A stretch of DNA of 64,000 nucleotides from the NCBI RefSeq assembly GCF_006345805.1, contig NC_043002.1, forward strand, positions 102,176,001 to 102,240,000. Direction: 5' to 3'. This stretch comes from Octopus sinensis (Eukaryota). The notes below the pieces were generated by a model, which was not told the origin of the DNA, did not search any database, and was given only the letters and a program-made list of their open reading frames with translations. Below are positions 17,868 to 31,469 of this stretch, one piece after another. How positions within the stretch are numbered: the first letter of the stretch is position 1; the number at the start of each line of letters is the position of its first letter. The position numbers and the translations under genes are program-made.

Positions 17868-20012
17868 ATGGCCACTGGCCACCACGAGGCTAAGTTGCAA
17901 GTGAAGCGTGACGCAGAAACAGAAAAACAGGATGCCCTGTTAGCATACGCCGAACCTGACAACTCCACCACCACCAACAGCAACAAATACAAAACAAAGG
18001 TCGCAAGGCCAAGCACCGTCAACACCATCAGTGAGTCCACCACCACCACCAACACCATGGCAGAATCTGCTACTAAAACTGCTATCCCTACTAAAGATAT
18101 CGCCACCAATAACATCACCATCACCGTCACCAAAGACCGTGCTGTCAATGCTACTAATACTACCAACACCACCGCCGTCACCAAGAACGACAATAACAAC
18201 AACAACAACGACGACGACAACAACAATTCCCTTCAACCACTGCTCACTCCATCACCAACAAGTGAAAAAATAACGACGACAAGCAAACGAAATGTCGAAT
18301 TTTGCCCTAGTGCAGGACTAAAGTACGCAGGCAATTTTCCACCCCTTCCTACTTGCACGATCGAACCTAACACACCAATTTTACAAACTGCAGCCAACAA
18401 CAACATCACCACAAGCAACAACAATAACAAAACAACAACAAATTTCGCTGAGGCGATTAAAGAAAAAAAAACAACAATATACTTTACGGCTCAACAATTA
18501 CAGGACACGAACATCAAAATAACAGAATCAGAAGGTATCGTAAAAATTAACATACCAGAAGATATTTTGGAAAATGAAAAAAGACGAACAATCATTTATA
18601 AAATAGTTAACAAAAAAACAAAAATCCCAGAGAAGGCCAACACAGGCAAAATAGAGAAGTGCTTGAAACCCATCTGGGATCACAAAGAATATGTAACCTG
18701 GTGGAACAAATTTGCCCACATACAAGTCGTTTTCTACACCGAAGAGTTAGCTAGACATTTCTCAACGCTAACTCTTCACTCAGATGAACTCCAACTTACA
18801 CCAAGCTATCGGGGACAGAAAGTGACTAAGATCACTCTAAACAATGTCCCCAAAATAGCCAATAGTCTATGGCTTGTAAAGGCTTTATGCGTAAAATGGC
18901 GAATTATACTATTTTGGAAACCACAGTCACAGAGCATAAAAACTGGGTGGGAAAGAAAATAGAATTTCTTCTACATATACATCATGAAGATATAAAAAAA
19001 TACCCACCCAGATATGTGTATCAGACGACCACAAGTTATATGTGGTCGTCGATGGCAGAAGACCACGTTGTTACATATGCGGCAGTGAGCAACATCTCAA
19101 AAAAGACTGCAAATCTGCCGCAAGAAAACAACAGCAACAACAACAGCAGCCGGAAACAAAAACAAATAAACAAGGTTTACTACCCACACCACTTTTTGCA
19201 GGAACAAACCTCACCAAACAAACAACCACACCAACTGCAGCACCAAGAACAGAAGCAGCATCACCAACAACAACAACCAAGAATATACCAACTCCCAAAC
19301 CAAGGACATCTGCCAAAAAGACACCCAGCATAAATGAAGAAACAATTACAACTCCAAATCCCCACAAAATTGACACCCTAAACAACACAACAATACCCAC
19401 AATCACTCAAACACAAAATACCCAAACCCCACATCCAAAACCGCATACACCACAACCAAACGCTCACCAACCAACACCAACAACAAAACCAACACAGTCG
19501 ACAATAGACCCCAATACTTTCCCTCTTCCAGACTCCGATTCGTCTGATCTGTCATTAGACGAAGAAGACACGGAAGATTGGCAAATAGCCACAGGGGGGA
19601 GAAGAAAAAGGGGAAAAAAAAGAAAAGAAAAAATAACAAACAAAGCGGGAAGATACACCACTCCCGAAACAAAAACATCCACAGAAAACACACACATCAA
19701 CACAAACACACCATCATCAAACCCCCCAAAATGTTGACAGCCATAAACACAAACAACCACGACCTAATGGAACACATTAGGTCAAACACTAACATTACTG
19801 AAAACGACATAAAAACAAGTAACCACCCACACACAACACCACCACAACACATTAAAATAATACACGTGACACAGAACACATACAGCACCCTGAAATCTCT
19901 TTACCCTGATGCAGTAGGGAGATTTCAAAAGTACTCATCAAAAAAACTGTACAAAAGCCTCATAGAAGAAGACCGTGAGGTGAAAGACAAAGAACTTTCG
20001 AAAGACAAGTAA
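17868..20012 (+). CDS. B6 ORF1, frameshifted as assembled
   Basis: ORFs 17838..18962, 18869..19333, 19042..19737, 19578..20012; CX2CX4HX4C knuckle CYICGSEQHLKKDC; poly-Q; acidic patch followed by GGRRKRGKKRKEK. Confidence 0.78.
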
Positions 20013-20054
20013 CCTTTTCTCTCTCCTTTTCCTTTTTTGCACTTTTATCGGAAC

Positions 20055-23000
20055 ATGCTCAGAATAGGTAGTATAAATGTACGTGGCTTGGGGTCGCCTT
20101 GGAAACAAGGCTACCTGTTAAATGACATCAAGTCACTAAATCTGAATATCATAGCCATCAGTGAGACCAGACTCCACAGCTTGCGGGCACTCCAGCACAT
20201 TTTCGGTACACATTTCAACATTTATTTTTCTCCGTGTCTACCGAGAATGGGCGGAGGTGGCACCGCGGTGCTTATCCGGAAGAGTCTGGATCTCAAAGTA
20301 AGAGCAAATTTCCTAGACCCGGAGGGTAGGCTGGTCGTTTTGGATGTCGATGGCAGCAATGAGTGTGCTTTTCGACTGATAGCAGTTTATGCTCCGTCCT
20401 TAACAGGCCGACCAGATTTCTTTCGACGTCTAGAGTCTTTCATGGGAACGTCTCGTCCTTTACTTTTAGTGGGGGATTGGAATGCCACCCTGGACACGCA
20501 TCTAGACTACGTGGGCAGAGATAGCAATAGAAGGGGATGCAAATGCCTCAAAGACCTGCTCAGACGTTTCCAACTGTCTGACAGGTACCGACTGGACCAC
20601 CCGAATGTGCCAATGTGGACATGGAGTAACCGCATCGGGTCGTCCAGATCATACTTAGATAGAGTATTCTGTAGGACAATAGATAAAAATAGTGTAGGTT
20701 GTCCACAATTTCATATAGTCAGTTACACAGATCACAAGTTTGTGACTTGTACACTTGACTTAGATAAGACACATAGGCAGGGTCCTGGTTACTGGAAACT
20801 GAACGCGTCTTTTACAGCACGACAGGTTTACAGGGACCGGATCAGCACATTAGTTAAGAGAGCTTTGACGGGTACCATCATCAACAACAGATGGTGGTAT
20901 GCCCTAAAAAAAGCGATTAAAGCAGAATCAGTCAGATACAGTAGAGCCCTAGCATTAGACCGAAATAGAGTAGAGGGAGAATTAGTTAAGGTTTTAGAAG
21001 AGGCACTTAGAACTGGCATCGCGTCCAACGTACTGGCGGCGAGATTGGCCCTCGACCAACACCTCAACGCCAAACACGAGGGATGCGTTGTCAGAGCTAG
21101 GATGCGTGCTCTGAGGAACGAAGGAGTTGGAGCCGCCCAAGAGGCCCGAGTGGTGGAGACGCAACGAGGCAACAGAGCCACCATCAAGTCTCTTATAGAT
21201 GAACAGGGGCGCGAATTGCTCGAGCCTAAAAGGATGTGTGGGGTTTTTCAACAACACTTCACCCAACTGTTTGGGACAAGTGGTGAGTCAGAAAGCAGAG
21301 TGGACTTTAGTGCCTACCTGCATGCCTTGCCACGACTCTCAGCAAGGGAGGTGGAGTCTTGTGAAAAGCCTATCACAGCTGCGGACGTACAGGATGCGAT
21401 GGTAGGCTGCGCGAGAGACAAGTCACCAGGCTTGGATGGTCTGCCCTACGAATTTTATTTTCATATGCCAGACTTGTTTGGAGGCGTCTTGGCAGCTGTC
21501 TACTGCAACTGGCAGCAGAACGGGAGTATTCCTGCTTTTGTAAAGCGAGGAGCAGTGGCACTGATCAAGAAAGACCCAAACAAGGGGGACGTCATAGATA
21601 ATTTCAGGCCCATCACTCTGCTCAACGCAGATTTGAAAATTTTGGCCAAGGTGTTAGCCGAGAGGTTGGCGCTTGTCATCAAGAAACTAATCGACAAGGC
21701 GCAAACATGCGCCGTGCCGGGTAGAAGTATTCATGACAACCTCCATCTGATGCGCTACATCATAGACAGGGTAGTTAAAAATCCTGGCATGGGTGGGGCG
21801 CTGATCAATTTGGATCAATCAAAAGCCTTCGATAGGGTAGACCATCACTACTTGGAGGCTGTCCTCAAAGCGGCTGGTTTCGGTCCAGTTTTCCGCGGTT
21901 GGATCGCTGCCTTATACAGCGGCATCCGCTCAGTAGTTCGCGTAAATGGTCATCTATCCAGACCTTTTAACATCATGCGTTCGGTTCGTCAGGGATGCCC
22001 CCTCTCATCGCTGCTGTATGTACTGACTCTTGAGCCACTACTGCGGAAACTGGCGACGCTGAGGGGCATCCCACGAGAGCTGGGATGCGGGAGGAGCGTG
22101 TCTGCATACGCGGATGACGTCACCGTCATAGTGTCGAGCTACGAGCACATCGAGCTGGTCGGCGAGACACTGAAAGAATACGAAGCGGTAACGGGAGCAA
22201 AAATTAACCGGGAAAAGTCAGTGGGCTTGCGGCTCGGCACCTGGAGAAGCAAGCCCATGCCGTCCAACAGCGTCTCCATCGTGGGACGCTGGACGGACGG
22301 ACCGGTTAAATTGCTCGGGGTCTGGTTCGGTCCGGACCTCCAAATGGAGAAGAACTGGGGCGAGATAACGACTAGGGTGGCTACTCTCACCCAGAAATGG
22401 ACTGAGAGAAAGCTATCCCTAAAAGGTCGGGCGGAGGTGGCGAACGCGTACATCGCATCCGTCATCGAGTACGTCTGACCGTCGTGCCTTGTCCCGACCC
22501 TACCATCACCAAACTGGAACGCATACTCTTCCGCTTCTTGTGGAAGGGAAACGTTCCGATGGTTAGGCGATCCATTTGCTGCCAACACCCGCTAAATGGA
22601 GGGCTGGGCATGCCGTGGTTGATGATGCGCAGACATGCGCTGAGACTGCGACATCTCCGGCGCTTCATAGACAACGGTGAACAGGGGTGGTCGCCTTTTG
22701 TGCGGCGCGCTTTCCCGCAGCTCGTCTCCTTGGACGAACTACAGTCATGGATCAAGCAGAGACCGAGGCTAGGCGAATGGCACCGCGAGTGTCGCGTTGC
22801 TCTCAAGCAACTCTGCCGTCCGGGATCGAACTTGTGCGACTCCATCACAACAAAGGCATTCTATAGAGGATTAGTGGAGGGGAGGTGCGACGACGAACTC
22901 GGGCAGAGTCTGGGCGTCGACGAGGAACACCTGACCCGCCTGTTCAGGACAACTTTCGGGCCGGGACCTATGAACAATCACCAAAGATCCCTGGCCTGGC

Positions 23001-23491
23001 AGTGCTATCGAGAAGCATTACCTGTTCGGGATAAGCTCTACAGACACGGTTCCAGACACACTGGACCGACTTGCCCGAGATGCGGTCAGAGCGACGAAAC
23101 CGTTCTGCACGCACTCGTGCAATGTCCAACCATTTCCGACCTGTGGGCTTATGCCGAACGGCTGCTGTCACGTGTGGGACGAATCCGCCTATCGGCCGAG
23201 TCTATCGTGAGAATTGCTCCGCCCCCTTCCCTCAACCGGGAAGGCAAGGCAGTTTTCATCGTACTGGTGGCCATGGTGAAAGAATGTGTGTGGTGGACTC
23301 GAGCGAAAGGATTAGAGACAAACACTTACCTCTCTGGCCAATCGCTCATCAACTTTTTCAAGTACCACTTGAAAAGGAAGGTGAGAATGGAGAGGGAAGT
23401 TTTGTCTCGCGAAAGATTCAAAAAAAGATGGGTGAATGTTGCAAAGATGGTGCGTGCTAGTAACGAAACCATTTTGAGCATGATCCTGTAG
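20055..23491 (+). CDS. B6 ORF2 (~1145 aa), single 1-nt deletion near 22471
   Basis: MLRIGSINVRGL start typical of APE domains; ISET, AVYAP, GDWNA, YLDR, TDH; open to 22478, continues in 22484..23491. Confidence 0.92.
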
Positions 23492-23791
23492 ATCGTAAAA
23501 AAGAAAAAAGAGAGCATTTTTGACCTCATGTGTTTATTTCCTCCCTGACTGGGGTTCCCGTGGTCTTTTCTGTAGGCTTTTCTTCCCACGGATGAACCCA
23601 ATCTTGTTATATCAATGTTTACACATTATTTCTGTGATACACGATTTTCTTTTTTTTCCTTTTTTTTCCTCCTCTCGATCCCTTTTGATCGCAATCTTAC
23701 ATTTTTTATTTTTTTCCACCCTCGAAAAGAAAAGCTCTGCATTTGTATTTGTCCCCTCTGTATTCAGCCCTGTGTGGCTAATAAAAGAAAG

Positions 23792-23792
<1 letters not shown>

Positions 23793-23885
<93 letters not shown>
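23793..23885 (+). repeat. (TATC)n tract 7
   Basis: Pure TATC. Confidence 0.98.
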
Positions 23886-23886
<1 letters not shown>

Positions 23887-24330
23887 AATGTAGCAAGAAT
23901 GGCACGTATGAATGACGAAGCCACCATGAGCATAGTCCTATGAACCCAGAAATCGAAAACAGAGAGTTGCTTATTTGCAAAAAAAAAAAAAGAAATATAA
24001 AATGTGACTTCATTGACCGAGGTTACCGTGGTCTTTTCCGTAGGCTTTTCTTTCCACGGGTAAACCTCACCTGTCCTCCCCTTTACACTTCATATTGACA
24101 TTTCTGTGATAACGATCCCTATTGATCAATTTTTTTTTCCTCTCCCCCTTTTTTTTTTTTTTTTTTTTTTTAACCCCCATTTTTTTTTGTCCTCTTTCTC
24201 TCCTTTTACGATCCCTTTTGATCGAAACTCCCCTTCCTTTTTTTTTTTTTTTTTTAAACCTTCAAAAGAAAAGCTCTACCTTGTAATTTGTTCTATCTGT
24301 GTGCAGCCCTGTGTGGCTAATAAAGAAACA
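23886..24330 (+). mobile_element. Tx1 subfamily A copy A2, 5'-truncated (~0.45 kb)
   Basis: Near-identical to 854-1305; last ORF2 codons and 3' UTR. Confidence 0.92.
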
Positions 24331-24501
<171 letters not shown>

Positions 24502-25245
24502 TCGTATGTATAAATATGTCAATAGAATTTATTAGCAGCTGCACTCTATATTCTCGGTTTTGCTCAATTTTAATCCACAACAAAAAGTTCTATTCAGCAG
24601 CACGAGATGCAAAGAATTTGCGAAGTCCGAGTAACTGAGCAATGCTACGTCAATTGTTAAAATCCGTCAGAATTGCTCTTTGCGGGTAGTGAAACCATCA
24701 TTACATGTCTCCAGTCACATGGTGGATTTTCCTACTGCCAAACAATTTTGAGCAAATGTATCAACAATTGTGCAAATTCTTTCCTGCAACAACTCGGCAG
24801 GATTCTCATCTACGCCTGTAAGTATGTATACAATTGTACGTATATATATATATGTATATATATATATTATATTAAATTAGAGATAAAACCACTATTAGGC
24901 AAATCATACAATGAAAAACTTAAGCCAATACATAAGATTAATTAATTTATATTATTTGAAATATATATCAAAATTATTAAAAAAAGATAATTAGTATAAC
25001 ACTACGATCGTTTCATGGCTGTCCAAATCGTAAAAGTTCGAGTTACAGTCATTCTTCAGGTGATTTAAATATCATATCTAAAATATAATCAGAAATATTT
25101 AAACAATATTTCTAAGATATAAATAATATATATAATATAATAATTTTACTTATAATAAACTCTATTATCAAACTAGAGACATAGAACTTAACAATTATGA
25201 TTATATCCAAATCGACTATAATGTTAAATATTAATTTTAATTTAT

Positions 25246-25290
<45 letters not shown>

Positions 25291-27133
25291 GGAATGTATG
25301 TATGTGTGTGTGTGTGTATACGTGTGAGTAGACAAAGGAAAGAAGCGAACTTAACAAATTTATTGTGAGTTACATGTATATATCATGTATGATTCAAATT
25401 CGTTGTTATTCCAAGTTCCAAGTCTGATGCTATTTCTCAGCCGTTTTGAATTTGAATGAGAGAAGTGGATTAATCCCGAAATTGATTCAACATAGAAATA
25501 ACGAACGTTTTAAAAAAATTCTGTTGGCTAGCTTCTTAGATTTCAGCGCGACGTGTATTTATAGTGAATATATAAATGAAATGTGGAAATTGAGGATTTA
25601 AAGTATGTTCTCGGCATATTGGTATAGACATAACTTTTCTTTATATATATATATAGAGAGAGAGAGAGAGATACGGTTGAAGATATTCAGACAAAAATCG
25701 AAGTACTTCCATAGTTCTCATATTTCTTGTATTCCGTGGTCGGAATGACGGTATTATGTAATCTATCATTCTTTCTGAACGATTGAAATTAAGTTATAAT
25801 TGTATTACTGTTTGAAATTAACACTTTGAAATGTATGAGTTATTTAAAACATATTTTTCTTTTGTAGTTGACATAACTTGTCTAATAATTTCGCTCAATT
25901 CTCTCATTTCATGTTATGAAATGAGAGAATAATGAATACATTTGGCACTAAATATGCGATTCCTTAAATCTTTCAATGCAAAATCTGCCACGGTCGACGT
26001 GTTATTTAGTTTATCTCTGTTCGATAAACTAAGAAACCTAACGTTGCATTCGATTCCGTTGACTAAATGATTACGAAAACGAAGGTAGTTCCGGTTCGCC
26101 ATGTTGTATAGATTCATAGCATTGATACAAGTTCAAGTGCCTCTTCACATTAATCGCTAACAGACTTCGATTTATAGTATGACGAATCATTAGTAGTTAT
26201 ATCTATGGACCTAAGAATTACAGTTTTGTTGAACATAATGACAGCAAGGAATAATGAAAACACTTTGCGATTCTATGTGTTTTACACTAGATTTCTGTTA
26301 TACGACGTAACAAATAATCGCGATTATTTCGTTGATTACTTCCAGGCCAACTCTTATATAACAGGCAAAATATTCAATGAGTATTGTTCTTATTTCATTA
26401 CATTCAAAATGCTATGAGTCATTATCTGAAAGGTCCAAATGAAATAAAGAGCTTGGAAAGCGAGGAACCAACTAAAAGCTGTTTCATTCGTTCAAAATCC
26501 CGTAACTAGGAAAAACTTTAGCTGAAATTACTCAAATCCTATGCATAAATAATAACGGACACTGGATCAATCCTGGTTTCGTCCATTAGTATTCAGTTAT
26601 CAGATTAAGTGGGTTGCTCACAGGTTGGAGTGGCATCTCAGTAACTGAATATTCCACTGCCATATATACATGTAATGCAGTTATGAAGTAGATTTTGTGT
26701 TAAATGGTGTACGATAAGTTTAGAAAACTAAAGCAGACGCTCAGTCTATCTGATGAGCTTCTAAGGAATTTCTATCTAATTTCAGTTACACAGTTTGAAT
26801 GGACTCAAGTCTTTGGTTAAAAAAAAAAGCACTTAAAATGTCACTCAAATGAGTCGAGCTCAGGACTATGTGACGTCTGAAAAATAATCCATCTATTTAG
26901 TTACACAGCGTTCATCGTACATACAAAATAAACTTAGTCTGAAAGACATAGGGACAGATTTGATCGCACTATATTTTTAAATTAGTCCGTTTGCATCGAG
27001 GTAAAGAAGAATCTATCATTTCAGAACCCCACCCCTCTCGGTGCAGGATTTAATTAAAACGAACGACACTTTATTGTAAAATATTTTCATCTGCATCAGG
27101 TCTTTTGTTCAAACTATATATCTTTTTACAATG

Positions 27134-27525
27134 TTACTTGTTTCAGTCATTTGACTGCGGCCATGCTGGAGCACCGCCGTTGTCGAAGAAATCGTCCCCA
27201 GGACTTATTCTTTGTTAGCCTAGTACTTATTCTTTCGGTCTCTTTTGCCGAAACGCTAAGTTACGAGGACATAAACACAACAGCATCAGTTGTCAAGCGA
27301 TGCTGGGGGACAGACAGAGACAAACAAAATTATACACACAAACAAACACATACATATACGACGGTCTTCTTTCAGTTTCCGTCTACCAAATCCACTCACA
27401 AGGCTTTGGTCGGCCCGAGGCTATAGTAGAAGACACTTGCCCAAGGTGCCACGCAGTGGGACTGAACTCCGAACCATGAGGTTAGCATGCAAACTACTTA
27501 CCACACAGCCACTCCTACGCCTACA
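27134..27525 (-). mobile_element. tRNA-derived CORE-type SINE
   Basis: Reverse complement has A/B-box-like head (GTGGCTGTGTGGTAAG; GAGTTCAGTCCC), CCTTGGGCAAGTGTCTT core-like motif, and tail shared with 49843-50245. Confidence 0.8.
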
Positions 27526-27912
27526 TATTATATATGATATATATTTTTAACCTATATATCCTATATGTCGTATGTGTCAATGAATTTAGTTCAAATCGTT
27601 TTTATTGTGAGATCCTGAATGCAAAAGAAAATCATATTGTCTGAAATTGTGGAATCTTCTTAAGAAAGAAGTCTCTGGTACACAAGGCAGCACGCATTTG
27701 CTTAATTGTTTGAAAGTTATCCTGTATCAGTGAGCCATCACTAATTTACAACTCAGTTTCCCTTTAAGTAAAGTTTAATAAATTCATTGAAATTTTTCTC
27801 ATTAAACAAAGAAAAAATGAAGAAATCAAGAATTTTAAAAAATAGTAATAATAAATTAAATACACAAACAAAACTTAAAACGAAAAACAAAATAACAGAC
27901 AAAAAAGAAAGA

Positions 27913-27953
<41 letters not shown>

Positions 27954-28411
27954 TATTAAAACATTTCTAATGCATTTGGAGTGGTTTAGCCATTCGTATG
28001 TAGCGAATTGAAATCTGTACGACTATCTTGCTGAAGAAGGAAGTGAAATTTGTGACAGTCGAATTAACAAAGTGCAGCCGAGGGTAATTGTTTCATTTCA
28101 AAGCTGAAGTCTTAGTAGATATGTGAAAATTAACAGCTCGCTCATACAGAATGAATCATTGCTTGCTTCTAACACGGGAAGCCATTGCACGTTCGGGTGA
28201 CTTAGCTATTTTTCAATAACTTTAATACTACCTGACCTCTTCTTCTACGTCAATTATTTACGAATTACCGCCTCAATTCACTACAGTTTATGACGCCTTC
28301 AAACACACGGTTATGTCTACCGTACATTCTTATTTCGCTATATTTTTGCAATTAACTTTTCTCATTTGTATTGTATGGTTTAAAATCTTATTCATTATAC
28401 ATGAAGAATCA

Positions 28412-28444
<33 letters not shown>

Positions 28445-29100
28445 AGTGTGTGTAGATGCAGTGTGCACATAAAAATGCAAATGTGTATATTTATATGAAT
28501 GTATGTATGTATATATATGCATATGTGTATTTGCATATATATATATATATATACAATCAGGGAAACAATGTGTGTACATAAGCGCGTAATTTTTAACCTA
28601 TTATTTATACATCACTCACCTTATATTCAATCAATGTATATTTTAGTATTAATATGTAAATATACTCATAAACAGAAGCACACGTGTTAGGTCGCCAAAA
28701 TACGCACACACACACACACACACGCATCCAATTTCCCTCTCACTTTTACTCACACACATTCATACACACATGCAAATCTATATCTATCTATATATATATA
28801 TATATAATCCACCAACATCTGATTTACTTTCGTTCCCTCCTCACACGTTAAGCTTTTCAAATACGTACAATAGTTACGCATTTACTTTATAAAATTATTA
28901 AATTATATATGCTTTATAGATAGCTGCGCCGATAAAAGTACTCGTACGCCCGCATATATTTATACAGACACAAACATAATTACACAAACATACATACATA
29001 TCCATATGCACACATATATATATATATATATATATGGATATATGTATATGCATGTATATATAAGAATATGCATATATATATATATATATTATTGTTTATC

Positions 29101-30240
29101 TTTTACTAGTTTAAGCAAGAGGCTGAGGCCATGCTGGGTCACCGCCTTTAGTGTAATTGGTTTTCTGTCTCGTATTTGGAGTTGGCCTGAGCTTCTCTAC
29201 TTTGTGTCCTCTGCTGCGAAATCGATTCATCTGGTGTCGCAGATAAGAATATGTGCAAATGTATCTGAAAACCGCTACGACTTCACCTCGCAGATCTCCG
29301 ATGTTTGCAAGAATGTTGACAAATTGTGGGCATTTAGAACCTAACCTGTTACAGTACATGGTCTTTATTCTAGATAATGAAAAATGATATATTTGCTGCT
29401 ATGCAGTTATGTCCAGTTTAGTGTTTGATAAAGCCTTCAATCTCAAAGTTGGGAGTTAGACTTTCCATGATCTTCCATGATCTTGTATATCTTTTTCTAG
29501 GGTTTAAGTTGTCAGTTCCTTTAGCCTCTTCCAATAGCTCATCAGTTGCACAGAGTCGGTCTTCTTTGTGTTGTGGCGTCGGGTTGCCTCTTATTGCGTA
29601 GTTTGTTGGACTCTTCCGATGCAGGTATCCAAGCAAGAGTGAACGAATGTTATTCGTAGAACTAGTATGGTATTCCTATTCCTGGTTCTGACCGATCTCA
29701 GAACACAACTAGCCACCTGTCTGCGCATGTTGCCATCTTGGTAATATGCACATATTCTGTTGCATTATAAGTCTTGCAGATTCCCAGGTCACGCACCAAT
29801 TCTGGCTCCAATTTTGCAATAACACCTGGTCATGTGTATTCTGATTGTGATCTGTTTTTGGGTGGTTAATATAGTGCTTGAAATTTCTCGGCCTTGAAGT
29901 GAAGGTTATTTTCATCAGCCTACATGTATATTTCACTCAGGTCTTTCTGTAGTTCTAAAATTCCAGCAGAATATTGACCGACTGCGGTAAATTTGATATC
30001 AAAAGCTGCTGCAACCTGTTGACTATAGTTAGAAACATATTTGAGACAAACAGCAGAAAAGCGTAAGAGTGTTAGTGCAGTTCCAACTGTGTGGAGTTGT
30101 ATATTGGAATATATGACCACGCTTGTTAATGTCTCGTTGAAAACCATTTCAGACTTCTTTGATGATATCGTTGGATTGTTGTGGATAGAAATTGTTTCCG
30201 GTCTTCATTAAATAAGTTGAAACAGAATCTGTTACATTGT
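29101..30240 (-). mobile_element. Degenerate CR1/L2-like LINE, 3' part
   Basis: Minus-strand fragments LQKDL..IY, VRDLG, WKIMESLTPNFEIE and YCNRLGSKCPQ resemble CR1-group RT C-terminus; 3' end GGCGGTGACCCAGCATGG. Confidence 0.65.
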
Positions 30241-30319
30241 TTGAAATTTTTTTTTTTTTTGCATGCATTGGAATGTAGTCAAATGGATAAATTTATTGAA
30301 GCTTAATATAGAAAATGTT

Positions 30320-30480
30320 TCAGGTGGCGATATGAGTTGAAATTCCGTTGAGGTCGAATTTACCTTTCATTTTTCGAAGTTGATAAGATGAATACTAGTT
30401 GAGTATTAACTAGTATTCATGTAATATCTTCCTCCTTCCCTCAAAACAGCTGGACGTGTGCCAAAACGTGATACAAACAC
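30320..30480 (+). mobile_element. Degenerate partial tRNA-derived SINE
   Basis: GAGTTGAAATTCCGTTGAGGTCGA...CCTTTCAT...GATAAGATGAATACTAG similar to 40299-40855 units. Confidence 0.55.
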
Positions 30481-31469
30481 AGTAAACGTTTGATATTGGA
30501 TAGTGGACAACCTCATCCGATACCATTTCCCCTAATACTTCGCAAAATTACCTGTAGTAAACGGGTATATCTAGAGAATTGCTATGGTTGAATGCTCAAG
30601 TTATTTGTTAACCAGCGACATTTACATGTTTCAAATGAAATGTCAGAAATACTTCCCAAAACACGTTACTCATTAATTTGATACGATCTGTAGAGGTATC
30701 TGTCTATCATTAACATTTGTCTATCTTTTAAAAATTGGGATCTCTGTAAGAGAAATATATATATTATCAATTCTATTTTGGTGTGAACACGAAAAAATCA
30801 AAACGTAGACACGAAGACTTTCATGGCGTAAACATTTCTGATATCCTTTCGTCTTTACCTTAATGCTCCCTGTTTAAATGTAACGTAGATAGGATATAAC
30901 AGGGTATCTAGCCATGATTTGTGGCGCAGTTTATTGAAAATATCACCAATTCTGAATTGCATGTTTTATTCTCCAGATATGTATGTGTACACAAGTTGAA
31001 GGAATTTCAGGAAATGACCTAACAAAGGTCATTTTGAGAACAATTCTACTAGGGAATGATTCACAACCTTTCCATAGAGAGCCCTGTTCTTTTATCAGAT
31101 TAGGGAAGTCACAACGATTGAGCGCATGTGCTATATTCCCTGGTAGATAATGCAAGGAAAGCTGATTACGTGAACGACTGTTTCCAGAAGTTACTTAAAG
31201 AGAAATATCAACCTGGACGAAAGACAATACACATACACATAAAAGTACTTTTCATTTTCTCTATTTTCCCTTATTCTTTTCTGTTGAGGAGCGTAGGCTC
31301 GAAACGTATCAGACATTTTCATTTTCTCGAGCGTCAAACTAATACACTTGCTTGTCCATACGCCTGTCTTCGGCTTTTGCATTTCTATAAATTTCAACAA
31401 TATATATTTTTATTATTTATTATTTAATTCAACGCGACGCATGCGAGTGTGTGGTTGTATATATATATA

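Larger units (their letters stand above)
17821..23792 (+). mobile_element. Tx1 subfamily B copy B6 (6.0 kb), lacks ~176 nt of the B5 5' UTR
   Basis: Starts 47 nt before ORF1 ATG; both ORFs present; same 3' terminus. Confidence 0.95.
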
